DNA of 64,000 nt from Candidatus Sungiibacteriota bacterium (lineage in GTDB: Bacteria; Patescibacteriota; Minisyncoccia; Sungbacterales; HO2-52-23). The notes beneath the pieces were generated by a model. It was not told the origin of the DNA and searched no databases. It worked only from the letters and a program-made list of their open reading frames with translations. Of the stretch, positions 1 to 9,518 are shown one piece after another; the first letter of the stretch is position 1; every line of letters begins with the position of its first letter. Position numbers and translations under genes: made by a program. The stretch lies in contig CP066690.1 of NCBI GenBank assembly GCA_016432465.1, forward strand, positions 398,823-462,822. The letters are read 5' to 3'.

Positions 1-305
1 ACTAATACCAGCCGTGAAGTTGACGCCAACTCTTCAAAAACTATAAATTGCGGGGCCGCTTCGCTCTCTACTCCGCGTCTGCCTCTTTATAGCGGCCAAC
101 CACTTCGTTTTAACACCAGCACTGGTTTTTACGGTTACGGCGGGGACCAGGAAACAGTTTTTGTGCGCAAAGTTGATATCCGGGTACCGCCGGACAACCC
201 CGACAGCGGCATTCCTGCGTCAGACCAGATGGATATTATTTCTACCATCACTTGGAACGAACACGGTACTCCCAAAAGTTTGGTGGTACGGGAAAGAATT
301 TATAA

Positions 306-863
306 TTGGCGATGAAAAACCACACAAAAAAACAGGGCTTCACTTTACTGGAAATGATAATTTCCATAGGAATTTTCTCTGTTCTTGTAATCGCATCCAT
401 AGGAGTTACGCTGGGCGTATCCAACGCCCAAATAAAAGCGGCCAATATTCAGGCGATCCTTGATTCCATACGCTTCTCTCTTGAACTTATAACCAAAGAA
501 ATGCGCACGGGCTCTGGGTATGCCGCAACTTCTTATGGCGCAGCCTGCGGCGGTGCATCGGGGTCAGAAATCAGCTTTACCACGGCCTTGGGCGAGTCGC
601 GCACTTATTATCTTAGTCCCGCAACCAAAACTATTATGCGCATGACCCAAACCACCAACTGCGTACAGGCCGTGCCTTTTAGTTCCGAGGAGGTAAATAT
701 TGATCGCCTGAATTTTGCGCTAAGCGGCTCGGCTTCCGGACCAAATGACGGCCAGCCGCGGGTTACTCTAACCATGAAGGCGCGCTCCAAAAGCCCAAAA
801 TACTATCTGGAGTCGTCCCTGGATTTACAAACCACCGTGGCTCAAAGATTACGTGACTTATGA
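306..863 (+). CDS. Type IV pilin / pseudopilin (prepilin-type N-terminal cleavage/methylation domain)
   Basis: N-terminus KKQGFTLLEMIISIGIFSVLV is the classic prepilin leader plus hydrophobic helix (G|FTLLE motif). Confidence 0.8.
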   Translation: MAMKNHTKKQGFTLLEMIISIGIFSVLVIASIGVTLGVSNAQIKAANIQAILDSIRFSLELITKEMRTGSGYAATSYGAACGGASGSEISFTTALGESRTYYLSPATKTIMRMTQTTNCVQAVPFSSEEVNIDRLNFALSGSASGPNDGQPRVTLTMKARSKSPKYYLESSLDLQTTVAQRLRDL

Positions 864-1246
864 AATCTTTACACAAAAATGGTATAACCCTGCTTTTGGT
901 GGTAGTCCTGCTCTCGGCTATTTTTTCCATAAGTCTTGGCATCTTTAACGTTGTTTTTGGAGAACTGCGTCTTTCCGGAGAAATTGCGGATTCTTTTACT
1001 GCTTTTTACGCCGCGGATCAGGGTATAGAAAAAATACTTTATCGCGACCGGGTCCAGCGCGAAGTCTGCACGACCGGAGGAGCCAACTGCTATACAGAGG
1101 GACCCACCGATATTCAGTCTGTCGGCTGCTATACTCTACGCATGAGCAAGGTCGGCGGCAACACAGAAATCGTCATCGCCGGACAATACCGCTGCGGCGC
1201 CAACCCCCAAAGAGTGGTAAAGCGCGGCTTTCAGGTGAACTACTAA
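860..1246 (+). CDS. Pilin-like / minor pseudopilin (N-terminal TM helix), hypothetical
   Basis: The start overlaps the upstream pilin stop. It has an N-terminal hydrophobic helix GITLLLVVVLLSAIF and a small size typical of minor pilins. Confidence 0.5.
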   Translation: MKSLHKNGITLLLVVVLLSAIFSISLGIFNVVFGELRLSGEIADSFTAFYAADQGIEKILYRDRVQREVCTTGGANCYTEGPTDIQSVGCYTLRMSKVGGNTEIVIAGQYRCGANPQRVVKRGFQVNY

Positions 1247-1250
1247 ACCT

Positions 1251-3032
1251 ATGCGTTTCTCCGAACTAGCAAAATATCTGGAAAAGTTGGAAAAAACCGC
1301 CTCCCGGAACGAAATGACCAAAATACTCGCCGAAGTACTCAAGGAAGCCGAGGAAGAGGAGATAGACAAAGTTTGTTATCTGCTTCTGGGAGAACTCCTT
1401 CCTGCGTATCGCGGAATAGAATTTAATATCGCCGAAAAAATAATGATACAAGTTCTGGCCGCAGCCTTGGAAGAATCTCCGAAAAAAATAACAAAACTTT
1501 ATAAGTCAAAAGGGGACCTTGGCGATGTGGCCTACGACCTGCTTTCTCAAAAAAGGAAACCAGCCAAACACCTAACTGCAGATAAGGTCTACAGTCAGCT
1601 GCTTAAAGTCTCCCAAGAAACAGGTACAGGAAGTCAGGAAAGAAAAATCAAAAAAATGGCCGAGCTTTTATCAGAACTTGACGCTCGTTCCGCCAAGTTT
1701 GTAGTCCGCATTCCGATAGGAAAAATGCGCCTGGGATTTTCAGACGCCACCCTTCTTGACGCCCTTTCCTTTATGCTCAAGGGGGATAAATCAGCGCGGA
1801 AAGAAATTGAACAGGCTTACAATGTCACCGCCGATATTGGGGCCATAGCAAAAATTGTCAAAAAATCCGGGCTTGGTTCGTTACAGCGCATAGAACCGCA
1901 TCCGGGCATACCCATACGTCCATCTCTGGCCGAAAGACTGCGCACGGTTGAAGAAGTGATTGAAAAGGCGGGCCCGGAAGTGGGGGTTGAACAAAAACTT
2001 GACGGATTTCGCACCCAAATCCACTTATGGAGAGAAGAAGGAGAGAAAAAAATCGCGCTATTTTCACGCAATCTTGAAAACACCACCGCTATGTTCCCCG
2101 AAATCGTTGCGGCGGCAAAAAAACTTCCTGTTCAGGAAGCTATTTTGGACGGCGAGACCATCGGCTATAACCCCAAATCAAATAAGTTTTCTCCTTTCCA
2201 GGAAACAGTGCAGAGGAAAAGAAAATATGATATTGAGGAGTTCGCCAAAAAAATTCCTTTAAGTATTTTCGTTTTTGATATCCTTTATCTCAACGGTAAG
2301 TCTCTTCTTGAGCGTCCCTTTAGGGAGAGGAGAAAAATAATAGAACGCGTTCTTCCGGAGAAAACAAAAGGAGCTCTGCGCCTTACTCCTCATAGAGTTA
2401 CCAAAGATCCCAATGTTATACTAAAAGAACTAAAAAGCAGTATTGCCGCGGGACTAGAGGGCGTCGTGGCCAAAAATCTTGACGCAGCGTATGAAGCCGG
2501 AAGCAGAGGATTTCACTGGATAAAATTAAAAGCAACCATGGCGGCTCTTGAAAAACTGCGCGGCGGAAAAAAGACAGAAACAAAAATTCTTGATACGATT
2601 GATTGCGTTGTTATGGGTGCCTATAAAGGACGGGGCAAGCGCGCCGTATTCGGCGTGGGGGGTTTGCTGCTCGGCATACGGGGACAGGACGGCCGTTACT
2701 ATTCTATTTCGCGCCTGGGCACAGGGCTTTCGGACGAACAGTTCCGTGAGGCGCACCGTCGCCTAGGAAAATTAAAAGTTAACACGGCGCCCAAAGAATA
2801 TATAGTGGACAAAGAGATTACACCCGACATCTGGGTCCGTCCTTCGCTGGTCGTAGAGATTCTGGCGGATGAGATTACTCTCTCACCACGGCATACGGCA
2901 GGAAGAAAAGGGACTAGCCGGGGATATTCGCTTCGTTTTCCGAGACTCGTTCGCTTCCGCGATGACAAAAACCCGGAGGACGCAACCACCGCGGAGGAAA
3001 TTAAAAAACTGTTTGCGGAACAAAAAAAATAG
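1251..3032 (+). CDS. ATP-dependent DNA ligase (LigI/archaeal-eukaryotic type)
   Basis: Adenylation motif EQKLDGFR (KxDG). It has a 593-aa layout with N-terminal DNA-binding, adenylation and OB domains, and ends in the stop TAG. Confidence 0.85.
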   Translation: MRFSELAKYLEKLEKTASRNEMTKILAEVLKEAEEEEIDKVCYLLLGELLPAYRGIEFNIAEKIMIQVLAAALEESPKKITKLYKSKGDLGDVAYDLLSQKRKPAKHLTADKVYSQLLKVSQETGTGSQERKIKKMAELLSELDARSAKFVVRIPIGKMRLGFSDATLLDALSFMLKGDKSARKEIEQAYNVTADIGAIAKIVKKSGLGSLQRIEPHPGIPIRPSLAERLRTVEEVIEKAGPEVGVEQKLDGFRTQIHLWREEGEKKIALFSRNLENTTAMFPEIVAAAKKLPVQEAILDGETIGYNPKSNKFSPFQETVQRKRKYDIEEFAKKIPLSIFVFDILYLNGKSLLERPFRERRKIIERVLPEKTKGALRLTPHRVTKDPNVILKELKSSIAAGLEGVVAKNLDAAYEAGSRGFHWIKLKATMAALEKLRGGKKTETKILDTIDCVVMGAYKGRGKRAVFGVGGLLLGIRGQDGRYYSISRLGTGLSDEQFREAHRRLGKLKVNTAPKEYIVDKEITPDIWVRPSLVVEILADEITLSPRHTAGRKGTSRGYSLRFPRLVRFRDDKNPEDATTAEEIKKLFAEQKK

Positions 3033-3051
3033 CTGACTGCTGCCAGTCAGC
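3032..3051. terminator. Bidirectional hairpin between convergent genes
   Basis: gctgactg-ctgc-cagtcagc lies immediately after the ligase stop. Confidence 0.45.
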
Positions 3052-3504
3052 TCACTTTCCCCTGTTGGATTCCAGCATGGAACAGATCTGGAAAAGAAGC
3101 TCAGCAGACTTTATAGCCTCCGTCACCCATGGTCCATAACCAATTTTTTTGTAGAGCTTTTCTGCATCCTGCAGATACTGTGCCGCCGGCTTTCCACAAC
3201 GGACATTATCCGAACTTGTTACAACCTCGGAACAGGTCTGAAAAAGAAGCGCGGACGACTTAATAGCCTCCGTCACCCATGGTCCATAACCAATTTTTTT
3301 GTAGAGCTTTTCTGCATCCTGCAGATACTGTGCCGCCGGCTTTCCACAACGGACATTATCCGAACTTGTTACAACTTGCGGGCTCGACGATACCCCTGAA
3401 TTCCCGTGAGCCGCAGAGGATACAGTAGGGAAACCCAGAAACACAATACTAATAATAAGTACCAGCGCTACTAACCTGTAACCCCTTCCCAAAACTGAAG
3501 TCAT
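3052..3504 (-). CDS. Small secreted protein with an internal tandem duplication (about 49 aa repeated twice)
   Basis: Signal-peptide-like N-terminus. The protein repeats VVTSSDNVRCGKPAAQYLQDAEKLYKKIGYGPWVTEAIKS twice, encoded by a 2 x 150-bp DNA tandem repeat. Confidence 0.55.
   Translation of the reverse strand: MTSVLGRGYRLVALVLIISIVFLGFPTVSSAAHGNSGVSSSPQVVTSSDNVRCGKPAAQYLQDAEKLYKKIGYGPWVTEAIKSSALLFQTCSEVVTSSDNVRCGKPAAQYLQDAEKLYKKIGYGPWVTEAIKSAELLFQICSMLESNRGK
3079..3378. repeat. Tandem direct repeat, 2 x 150 bp
   Basis: Bases 3079-3228 and 3229-3378 are near-identical and lie inside the minus-strand ORF 3052..3504. Confidence 0.85.
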
Positions 3505-3564
3505 GATATCCTCCTTTACGGGCGGTCATAACCGCCGTTAAAATAATATCAGATTATAAAGACA

Positions 3565-3855
3565 ATGTCAATATCACGTCAAGACATCGAGCATATCGCC
3601 AAACTTGCGCGTATAGAACTATCAGAATCCGAAAAACAAAAATTTGTGGGTGAACTCTCCGCCATTTTAGAATTTGTAAAAAAATTAAACGAGGTCAAAA
3701 CTGACATTGAATCCCTAAGCTACACAGCAGCGCACCACACCGTGATGCGTCCGGATACGCAGCAAGACACCGACCTTGAAGGAAGCTCTGTAGAATTACT
3801 GGCGGCTGTTCCGGAAAAAAAAGACTCTTGGGTAAAAGTTAAACCGGTATTTTAA
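3565..3855 (+). CDS. gatC: Asp/Glu-tRNA(Asn/Gln) amidotransferase subunit C
   Basis: 96 aa, with N-terminus ISRQDIEHIAKLARIELSESEKQKF typical of GatC. The gene is immediately followed by gatA with a 1-nt overlap. Confidence 0.85.
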   Translation: MSISRQDIEHIAKLARIELSESEKQKFVGELSAILEFVKKLNEVKTDIESLSYTAAHHTVMRPDTQQDTDLEGSSVELLAAVPEKKDSWVKVKPVF

Positions 3856-5285
3856 TGGCCACCCTTAACCAGCTTACAATTCAAGAAGCCGCCCTAGGAC
3901 TCCGGCAGAAAAAATTCTCCTCAACAGAGTTGGTGGCGGACTGTCTTACAGCGATAAAATCTAAAGACAAAGAACTGCACGCCTATCTTGAAGTGTTTGG
4001 GGACGCGCTGGACGAAGCAAAAAAAGCCGATGAGATGCTGCAAAACCATCATGCATTACCGCCGCTTTTGGGCATACCCATTGCTGTAAAAGATAATATT
4101 TTAGTTGAGGGAGAAATCTGCACCGCCGGATCAAAAATTTTAGAAAACTATGTTGCGAGTTATGACGCCACGGTAATAAAAAAACTAAAAGCGCAGGGCG
4201 CGATAATTATTGGGAAAACCAATCTGGATGAATTTGCCATGGGCTCCTCAACGGAAAATTCTGCTTTTGGCCCAACTAAAAATCCGCACGATACACGTCG
4301 CGTCCCCGGCGGCTCATCAGGAGGCTCTGCCGCAGCAGTTGCCGCGGATATGTGCATAGCGGCTTTGGGTTCCGATACCGGAGGCTCTATCCGTCAACCT
4401 GCATCCTTTTGCGGAATTGTGGGACTCAAACCGACGTACGGAAGAGTGTCTCGTCATGGCCTCATGGCCATGGCCTCCTCGCTTGACCAAATCGGGCCCC
4501 TGACCAAAACCGTGGAAGATGCCAAAACTCTATTTGAAGCTATCTGCGGCAGTGATGACTTTGATGCAACCTCATTTAAAAACCCACCGGAGAACAAACC
4601 CGTCAATACAGAGCTAAAAAATCTGCGGGTTGGTGTTCCCAAGGAATATTTTTCCCGGGGGCTTGATCGTGGGGTTGAAGAAGTAGTACGTCAGGCTCTA
4701 AAAAGAGTGGAGGGTGCTGGCGCACATATTGAAGAGTTAAGCCTTCAGCATTCCGAATACGCACTGGCTACCTATTATATAATAGTACCATCGGAGGTGT
4801 CGGCGAATCTTGCCCGTTATGACGGTATTCGTTACGGCCATCAAAATACTAAGGCGGATAGTCTTTTTGGGGTTTATGCCCAAACACGCGCCGAAGGACT
4901 AGGACACGAAGTAAAACGACGCATTATGCTTGGAACCCACGCCCTTTCTGCCGGTTATTACGACGCTTACTATTTAAAGGCGCAGAAAGTGCGCGGTTTA
5001 ATCAGACAAGATTTTGAAAATGCATTAAAAAAAGTTGACGTTATTATTGGTCCTACCACACCAACCACGGCTTTTAAATTTGATGAAAAAACCAGTGACC
5101 CGTTACAAATGTACCTTGCTGATATCTACACGGTTGCCGTAAATTTATCCGGCTTGCCCGCGCTATCCATGCCGGCAGGCAAGAGCAATAACTTACCTGT
5201 TGGTCTGCAACTTATTGGCCAATGGTTTGATGAGACCAACATATTATCCATTGCTTCTGAAATAGAAAAAAAAATTCATGCCTGA
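3855..5285 (+). CDS. gatA: Asp/Glu-tRNA(Asn/Gln) amidotransferase subunit A (amidase)
   Basis: Amidase signature GGSSGGSAAAVAA in a 476-aa protein. It is coupled to gatC. Confidence 0.9.
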   Translation: MATLNQLTIQEAALGLRQKKFSSTELVADCLTAIKSKDKELHAYLEVFGDALDEAKKADEMLQNHHALPPLLGIPIAVKDNILVEGEICTAGSKILENYVASYDATVIKKLKAQGAIIIGKTNLDEFAMGSSTENSAFGPTKNPHDTRRVPGGSSGGSAAAVAADMCIAALGSDTGGSIRQPASFCGIVGLKPTYGRVSRHGLMAMASSLDQIGPLTKTVEDAKTLFEAICGSDDFDATSFKNPPENKPVNTELKNLRVGVPKEYFSRGLDRGVEEVVRQALKRVEGAGAHIEELSLQHSEYALATYYIIVPSEVSANLARYDGIRYGHQNTKADSLFGVYAQTRAEGLGHEVKRRIMLGTHALSAGYYDAYYLKAQKVRGLIRQDFENALKKVDVIIGPTTPTTAFKFDEKTSDPLQMYLADIYTVAVNLSGLPALSMPAGKSNNLPVGLQLIGQWFDETNILSIASEIEKKIHA

Positions 5286-5922
5286 AACCTCCGGTCCCAA
5301 GTCATCTTCCGGCCCCGACCCCGCTGTTATGGCCATAACACTGCTTTTGGCACTTGGGGTTTTGGGTGTCTACCTCAATACTGTACTTAGTGAATATACC
5401 GGCTTTGTGGAATGGGTATACGCCAAAAATTGGGGTTTATTTTTCAGAATATTTCAAGTAAGCATCATCTTGCTGGATTTGGTGCTGTTAGTATTTTTGA
5501 TTTTTACCCTACGGAAACTTTTTTCTTTAAGACGCGTCCAGCCGGAAAAGGAAATTGTGCCTCACGTTATTACGCCCAAAGAAGAGGTTAAAGAATCTTG
5601 GGGGCATATTCGGGAACTCGCCAATTCCTCCAGCCCCTCGGACTGGAATATGGCAGTGCTTCGGGCTGACGCCCTTCTTGATGACATCCTTACGCACCTT
5701 GGCTATGAAGGCACTACACTTGCGGAACGCCTTAAAATCGTTGACCCCACCAAACTTCCTTCGCTGGAAAGAGCTTGGTCTAGCCACAGACTTCGCAACG
5801 CCATTGCGCATGACCCTCTGGAACAGCATACGCGCGAGACCATTATCCATGCACTGCGTTCCTATGAGCAAGCATTAAAAGAGCTGGGCATGATGGAGGA
5901 AGAAGAACAGGTTGACAAGTAA
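5278..5922 (+). CDS. Hypothetical membrane protein (N-terminal TM helices, soluble C-terminal domain)
   Basis: ORF overlapping the gatA stop. It has two hydrophobic segments and no recognisable motif. It occupies the position where gatB would be expected. Confidence 0.45.
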   Translation: MPETSGPKSSSGPDPAVMAITLLLALGVLGVYLNTVLSEYTGFVEWVYAKNWGLFFRIFQVSIILLDLVLLVFLIFTLRKLFSLRRVQPEKEIVPHVITPKEEVKESWGHIRELANSSSPSDWNMAVLRADALLDDILTHLGYEGTTLAERLKIVDPTKLPSLERAWSSHRLRNAIAHDPLEQHTRETIIHALRSYEQALKELGMMEEEEQVDK

Positions 5923-5943
5923 CAGTTTTTATATTATACTTTT

Positions 5944-6345
5944 TTGTGGGGTGGCCGGGGTGGATTACAGATGTCTCTACCGCCGCTGGAAGTCCTTTGG
6001 AAATTTTATGCAATTACTGGCCTGACTGTACTTTTGATCGTTTTTACGCCGCTTAAAAACTGGGGCTGGAAAAAGTGGTGGTATATTTTCTGCACATCAA
6101 GTTTTACGGACTATTTAAGCACTCTTCTTTTTGTTTATGTTTACGGCCTCGGTTGGCAGGCCGAAGGTAACGAAATTATACAAAAGTACGGAGCATCTTT
6201 TGGTTACCTCTTCGTGCTTAACCTGCATATGGTAGTGCCTGTATTGCTGGCTTATCTGGTTGGTTGTTGGTTAAACAGGGTTACACGATTGGGAGCCATA
6301 ACTCTTTTAGCCGTATTTTCTTTTTTGAATTTTACGCAACCTTAA
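5944..6345 (+). CDS. Hypothetical integral membrane protein
   Basis: 133 aa with about 4 predicted TM segments. Confidence 0.4.
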   Translation: MWGGRGGLQMSLPPLEVLWKFYAITGLTVLLIVFTPLKNWGWKKWWYIFCTSSFTDYLSTLLFVYVYGLGWQAEGNEIIQKYGASFGYLFVLNLHMVVPVLLAYLVGCWLNRVTRLGAITLLAVFSFLNFTQP

Positions 6346-6541
6346 GCAACGTTATTTATCCAGTTGTCGATATCTCACGCCTATTTGGCTAGCCGCGTCA
6401 ACAAACGCGGCATTTTTAAATCTTGTCCTGCACAATTTTGCGGACGCGAGAAAACGGATGGATTGCTTTTCTGCTAACTTGACATTATAATTTCCATGCG
6501 GGGTGAGGAGCAGTATGCCGGCAAGCCGGGACTCATAAACA

Positions 6542-6781
6542 ATGGTGTATTATGTTTACATTCTATATAGTGACCGGTTCGATCGATTTTACATTGGTCA
6601 AACCAATAATATAAATTTGAGGTTGCGACATCACAATTTTGGAAAATCCAGCTGGACAAAGAGTTATCGACCATGGAGACTAATTCATTCAGAGTCGTTC
6701 CAGACTCGTACCAAGGCCATGCAAAGAGAAAAGTACCTAAAATCTCTCAAGGATAAAAGATATCTGTTAAGATTTCTCTAA
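6542..6781 (+). CDS. GIY-YIG nuclease family protein (small stand-alone URI domain)
   Basis: VYYVYILYS...FYIGQTNN is a GIY-YIG motif in a 79-aa protein. Confidence 0.75.
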   Translation: MVYYVYILYSDRFDRFYIGQTNNINLRLRHHNFGKSSWTKSYRPWRLIHSESFQTRTKAMQREKYLKSLKDKRYLLRFL

Positions 6782-6917
6782 GCCGCCGAAGTATTCTGCT
6801 TTAAGCTGGAGTACTTCGGCGGGGTGGAGGAGCAGTACCTCGCCAGGCTCATAACCTGGAGGCGTCGGCGCACATCCGGCCCCCGCAATCCTTCGCTAAA
6901 GCTTCGGAATTGCTAGC

Positions 6918-6957
6918 GTCAAAAGGCAGCTCATATGAGCTGCCTTTTGACTTTTTT
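6918..6957. terminator. Strong hairpin terminator
   Basis: gtcaaaaggcagctcatatgagctgccttttgac followed by tttttt. It lies between GIY-YIG (+) and the TPM gene (-). Confidence 0.7.
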
Positions 6958-7012
6958 AAAATTTTAAAACGAGCCCGAACGAGCTCGCTTGTTTACTTAC
7001 GGTACAACGACC

Positions 7013-9382
7013 TTAAAAATCTCCGCCGCCGCCTCCACCGCCGCCGCCGCCAAAGTCTCCGCCGCCGCCTCCGCCACTATCAGAACCCCAACCACCTCCA
7101 CCACCGCTATCACTTGATCCGCTGTCTCCTCCTGACGAATAGCCTCCGCTGGAATAATCTCCGGAGGAGTGCGAATAATCTCCGGAGGAGTACCCACCAC
7201 CGCCTCCAATAACAACGACCGATGAACTTCCCCAACTTCTGCGGCTTGACTCATGTGCGTCTTCAACGTCGTCCTTGGCTTTAGAGTAGGCTTCGTTGCC
7301 TTTCTTTTGCCCTTTTTCGGCAAGAGAAATTTTGTCTTCAAAAACCAGGGCGGCCTGCGCACGTCCTAAATACTTTTGAGCATCAGAAAGGTAGCCCTTG
7401 GCCGAACTGCCTACGTCGTGTTTGTGGTCCTCAATATACTCTTGGGCTTTGGACACGGCTCGCTCTGCGTCACGCATTATGTTTTTGGCTTTGGCACGCA
7501 AACGCTCTGCGGCCTCATGCTCGCTTATCGCCTCAAGTAAAATTTCATCTGCGGTGTCGTTAGCTTCTTTGGCCAGTTTAACCACCAGTGGAAAATCTGG
7601 TTTCTCTTGGACCAATTCCTGCTTGGCCTTAACAACAACTCTCTCGGCTTTTCTTAACTCTGCTTCCACCGTATCCTTGATCTCATCATCGTACTGATGA
7701 ACGTAGTCCCGAGCCTTACGGATATCTACCTCTGCGGCAATAACTTCTTTTGACGCATCGCGTTCTGCAAGCGCAAGGCCCTTCTCGCGCTCATGAATTG
7801 AACGCAGAAGCGACTCCGCCTCATCAAGCCAAGTAGTTGCCTCTTTCAAACCTGCACGGGCCTTATCCCACTCCTGTTTATCCATGGAAACCATGGCCTG
7901 CAGCGTCATCGTGGTTCTCTCCGCACTCTCCACACGCTTTCTTGCTTCAGTGCCATTGCCGCGCACCGACTCCCACGAAGTCTTGGCATATTTTTCGCTA
8001 ATCCGGTCAAATACTTCTTTGGCAGCTGCAATCCCCGTATTAACAGTCTCTATGCGCCCGCTCGCGGCCACAATCCCGGTTGTAAGTTCCTGCTTGATTT
8101 TAGGAAGCTCCTCGGCCGACGTAACCGCCTTCTGAACCAATTCGCCCGCAGACAGGGCCGTTTTATGTGCTTCGCCATACCTTTTCTGCTGTATCGCTGA
8201 GTCCGCTTCCTTCAGTTTTGTTTGCGCTTGCAAAAGCAGGGTATCGGCTGTGCTGGTCAAAAACCCCTGCTTCCTTACTTCGGCAATATTTTGAGTGGCC
8301 GTGGTAATAGCAGTGTTAACCGCCGCCACAACTTTGGCAGAATCTGCTATCAGACTTGAAAGTTGAAACACACGCTTATTAATTTCGTCTTTGATGCCCC
8401 TTGCTTCGTAAAGCTTTGCCACTACCACGCCGTATGACTGGGCAATAGCTTCGTACTCGGCCACCGTTAGTCCCGGACGCTCTGGATCGTTAGCCGCCTG
8501 TCCTAAGCCGTGAAAATTTTCAGCAGCACTTGCAAAAAGTTTTTGCGCACGAACCATACCATCCCTAAGCGGCTCCGCGTCTTCTTCTGACACCTTGTTG
8601 ACCATCGCTCCAACCACTGCTTCAAGCGTTACAAGCTCGTCATCAAGAGTATTAATACGGGATGCCGCATCTTGTTTGGCCAACATAGCCTTTTGTCGGG
8701 CCGCACGCTGTCCTTCCCGACGCTTTAGGAAAGCACCCAGAAGCATTGCAAGCCCAACCAACACAATAAGACCAAGCATTAATTTCATTACTGTCCATAG
8801 TCCAGAATAATCTGTGGGTGCGGACGGCTGGTTTGGCTGCACCACCACTACTTGCGGACTAGGGGGTGGAGCCGGGGCAACCACGGGCGCTCTCATTTGT
8901 TGTTCCAGAAGTTCACCCACTGCATTTAAACCTTTCACCACGCCATCTGCCCATCTGCCGTCGCGGAAGCTCGGATTCATATGCTGAGTCCGAACCTTAT
9001 TCCATGCTCCATCCAAGGCTGGTTTCCACTCAGAACCGTAAAAGATTCCGGACTTTCTGGCTTGCGTTGCAACCATAAGTACTACAAGATTATTCTTTCT
9101 GTTTCCGTCCGTAGCCTGCCATGATGCGCACTGTCTCTCAACCTGTTTCTCATAGGCATCAATGTTGGCAGACCCGTTAAGGGTTTTACTGACCCTAACC
9201 CGCACCTCTGCTCCAGCGCTAACCAAACGCGCCGCAGCTTCTTCCAACCGTGCGCGGTCGTTGTTATCCAAGACTCCTGCGCTGTCGTAAACTCGGGTGT
9301 CACAAAATTCACTTGCATGTAAAACAGGGACAGCTAGGAAAAGACTAAAAAGCCCCACAATCAACACAAGAGATCTTTTCAA
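7013..9382 (-). CDS. TPM (TLP18.3/Psb32/MOLO-1) domain protein with TM helix, long coiled coil and Gly/Ser-rich C-terminal tail
   Basis: Signal peptide, then a TPM-like domain (YDSAGVL...LVVLMVATQARKSGIFYG). This is followed by a Pro-rich linker, a TM helix, about 450 aa of heptad-like charged repeats and a GGGGGDF tail. Confidence 0.65.
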   Translation of the reverse strand: MKRSLVLIVGLFSLFLAVPVLHASEFCDTRVYDSAGVLDNNDRARLEEAAARLVSAGAEVRVRVSKTLNGSANIDAYEKQVERQCASWQATDGNRKNNLVVLMVATQARKSGIFYGSEWKPALDGAWNKVRTQHMNPSFRDGRWADGVVKGLNAVGELLEQQMRAPVVAPAPPPSPQVVVVQPNQPSAPTDYSGLWTVMKLMLGLIVLVGLAMLLGAFLKRREGQRAARQKAMLAKQDAASRINTLDDELVTLEAVVGAMVNKVSEEDAEPLRDGMVRAQKLFASAAENFHGLGQAANDPERPGLTVAEYEAIAQSYGVVVAKLYEARGIKDEINKRVFQLSSLIADSAKVVAAVNTAITTATQNIAEVRKQGFLTSTADTLLLQAQTKLKEADSAIQQKRYGEAHKTALSAGELVQKAVTSAEELPKIKQELTTGIVAASGRIETVNTGIAAAKEVFDRISEKYAKTSWESVRGNGTEARKRVESAERTTMTLQAMVSMDKQEWDKARAGLKEATTWLDEAESLLRSIHEREKGLALAERDASKEVIAAEVDIRKARDYVHQYDDEIKDTVEAELRKAERVVVKAKQELVQEKPDFPLVVKLAKEANDTADEILLEAISEHEAAERLRAKAKNIMRDAERAVSKAQEYIEDHKHDVGSSAKGYLSDAQKYLGRAQAALVFEDKISLAEKGQKKGNEAYSKAKDDVEDAHESSRRSWGSSSVVVIGGGGGYSSGDYSHSSGDYSSGGYSSGGDSGSSDSGGGGGWGSDSGGGGGGDFGGGGGGGGGGDF

Positions 9383-9518
9383 GGTGCACCCCCCTTTGTT
9401 GATACCGATACAGCCCGGTATAAAAAACCAGGGCCTTTATAATTCTACAAAATATAATAACAATTGTCAACTGGCCGTAAATTAAAAATGGAGCCGTCCT
9501 CGGCTCCACGTTGCGCAG

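Noticed and set aside
161-463. ORF 161..463 (+) and antisense ORF 248..445 (-)
   Set aside because: They overlap the well-supported pilin gene at 306..863 in other frames, with no motif.
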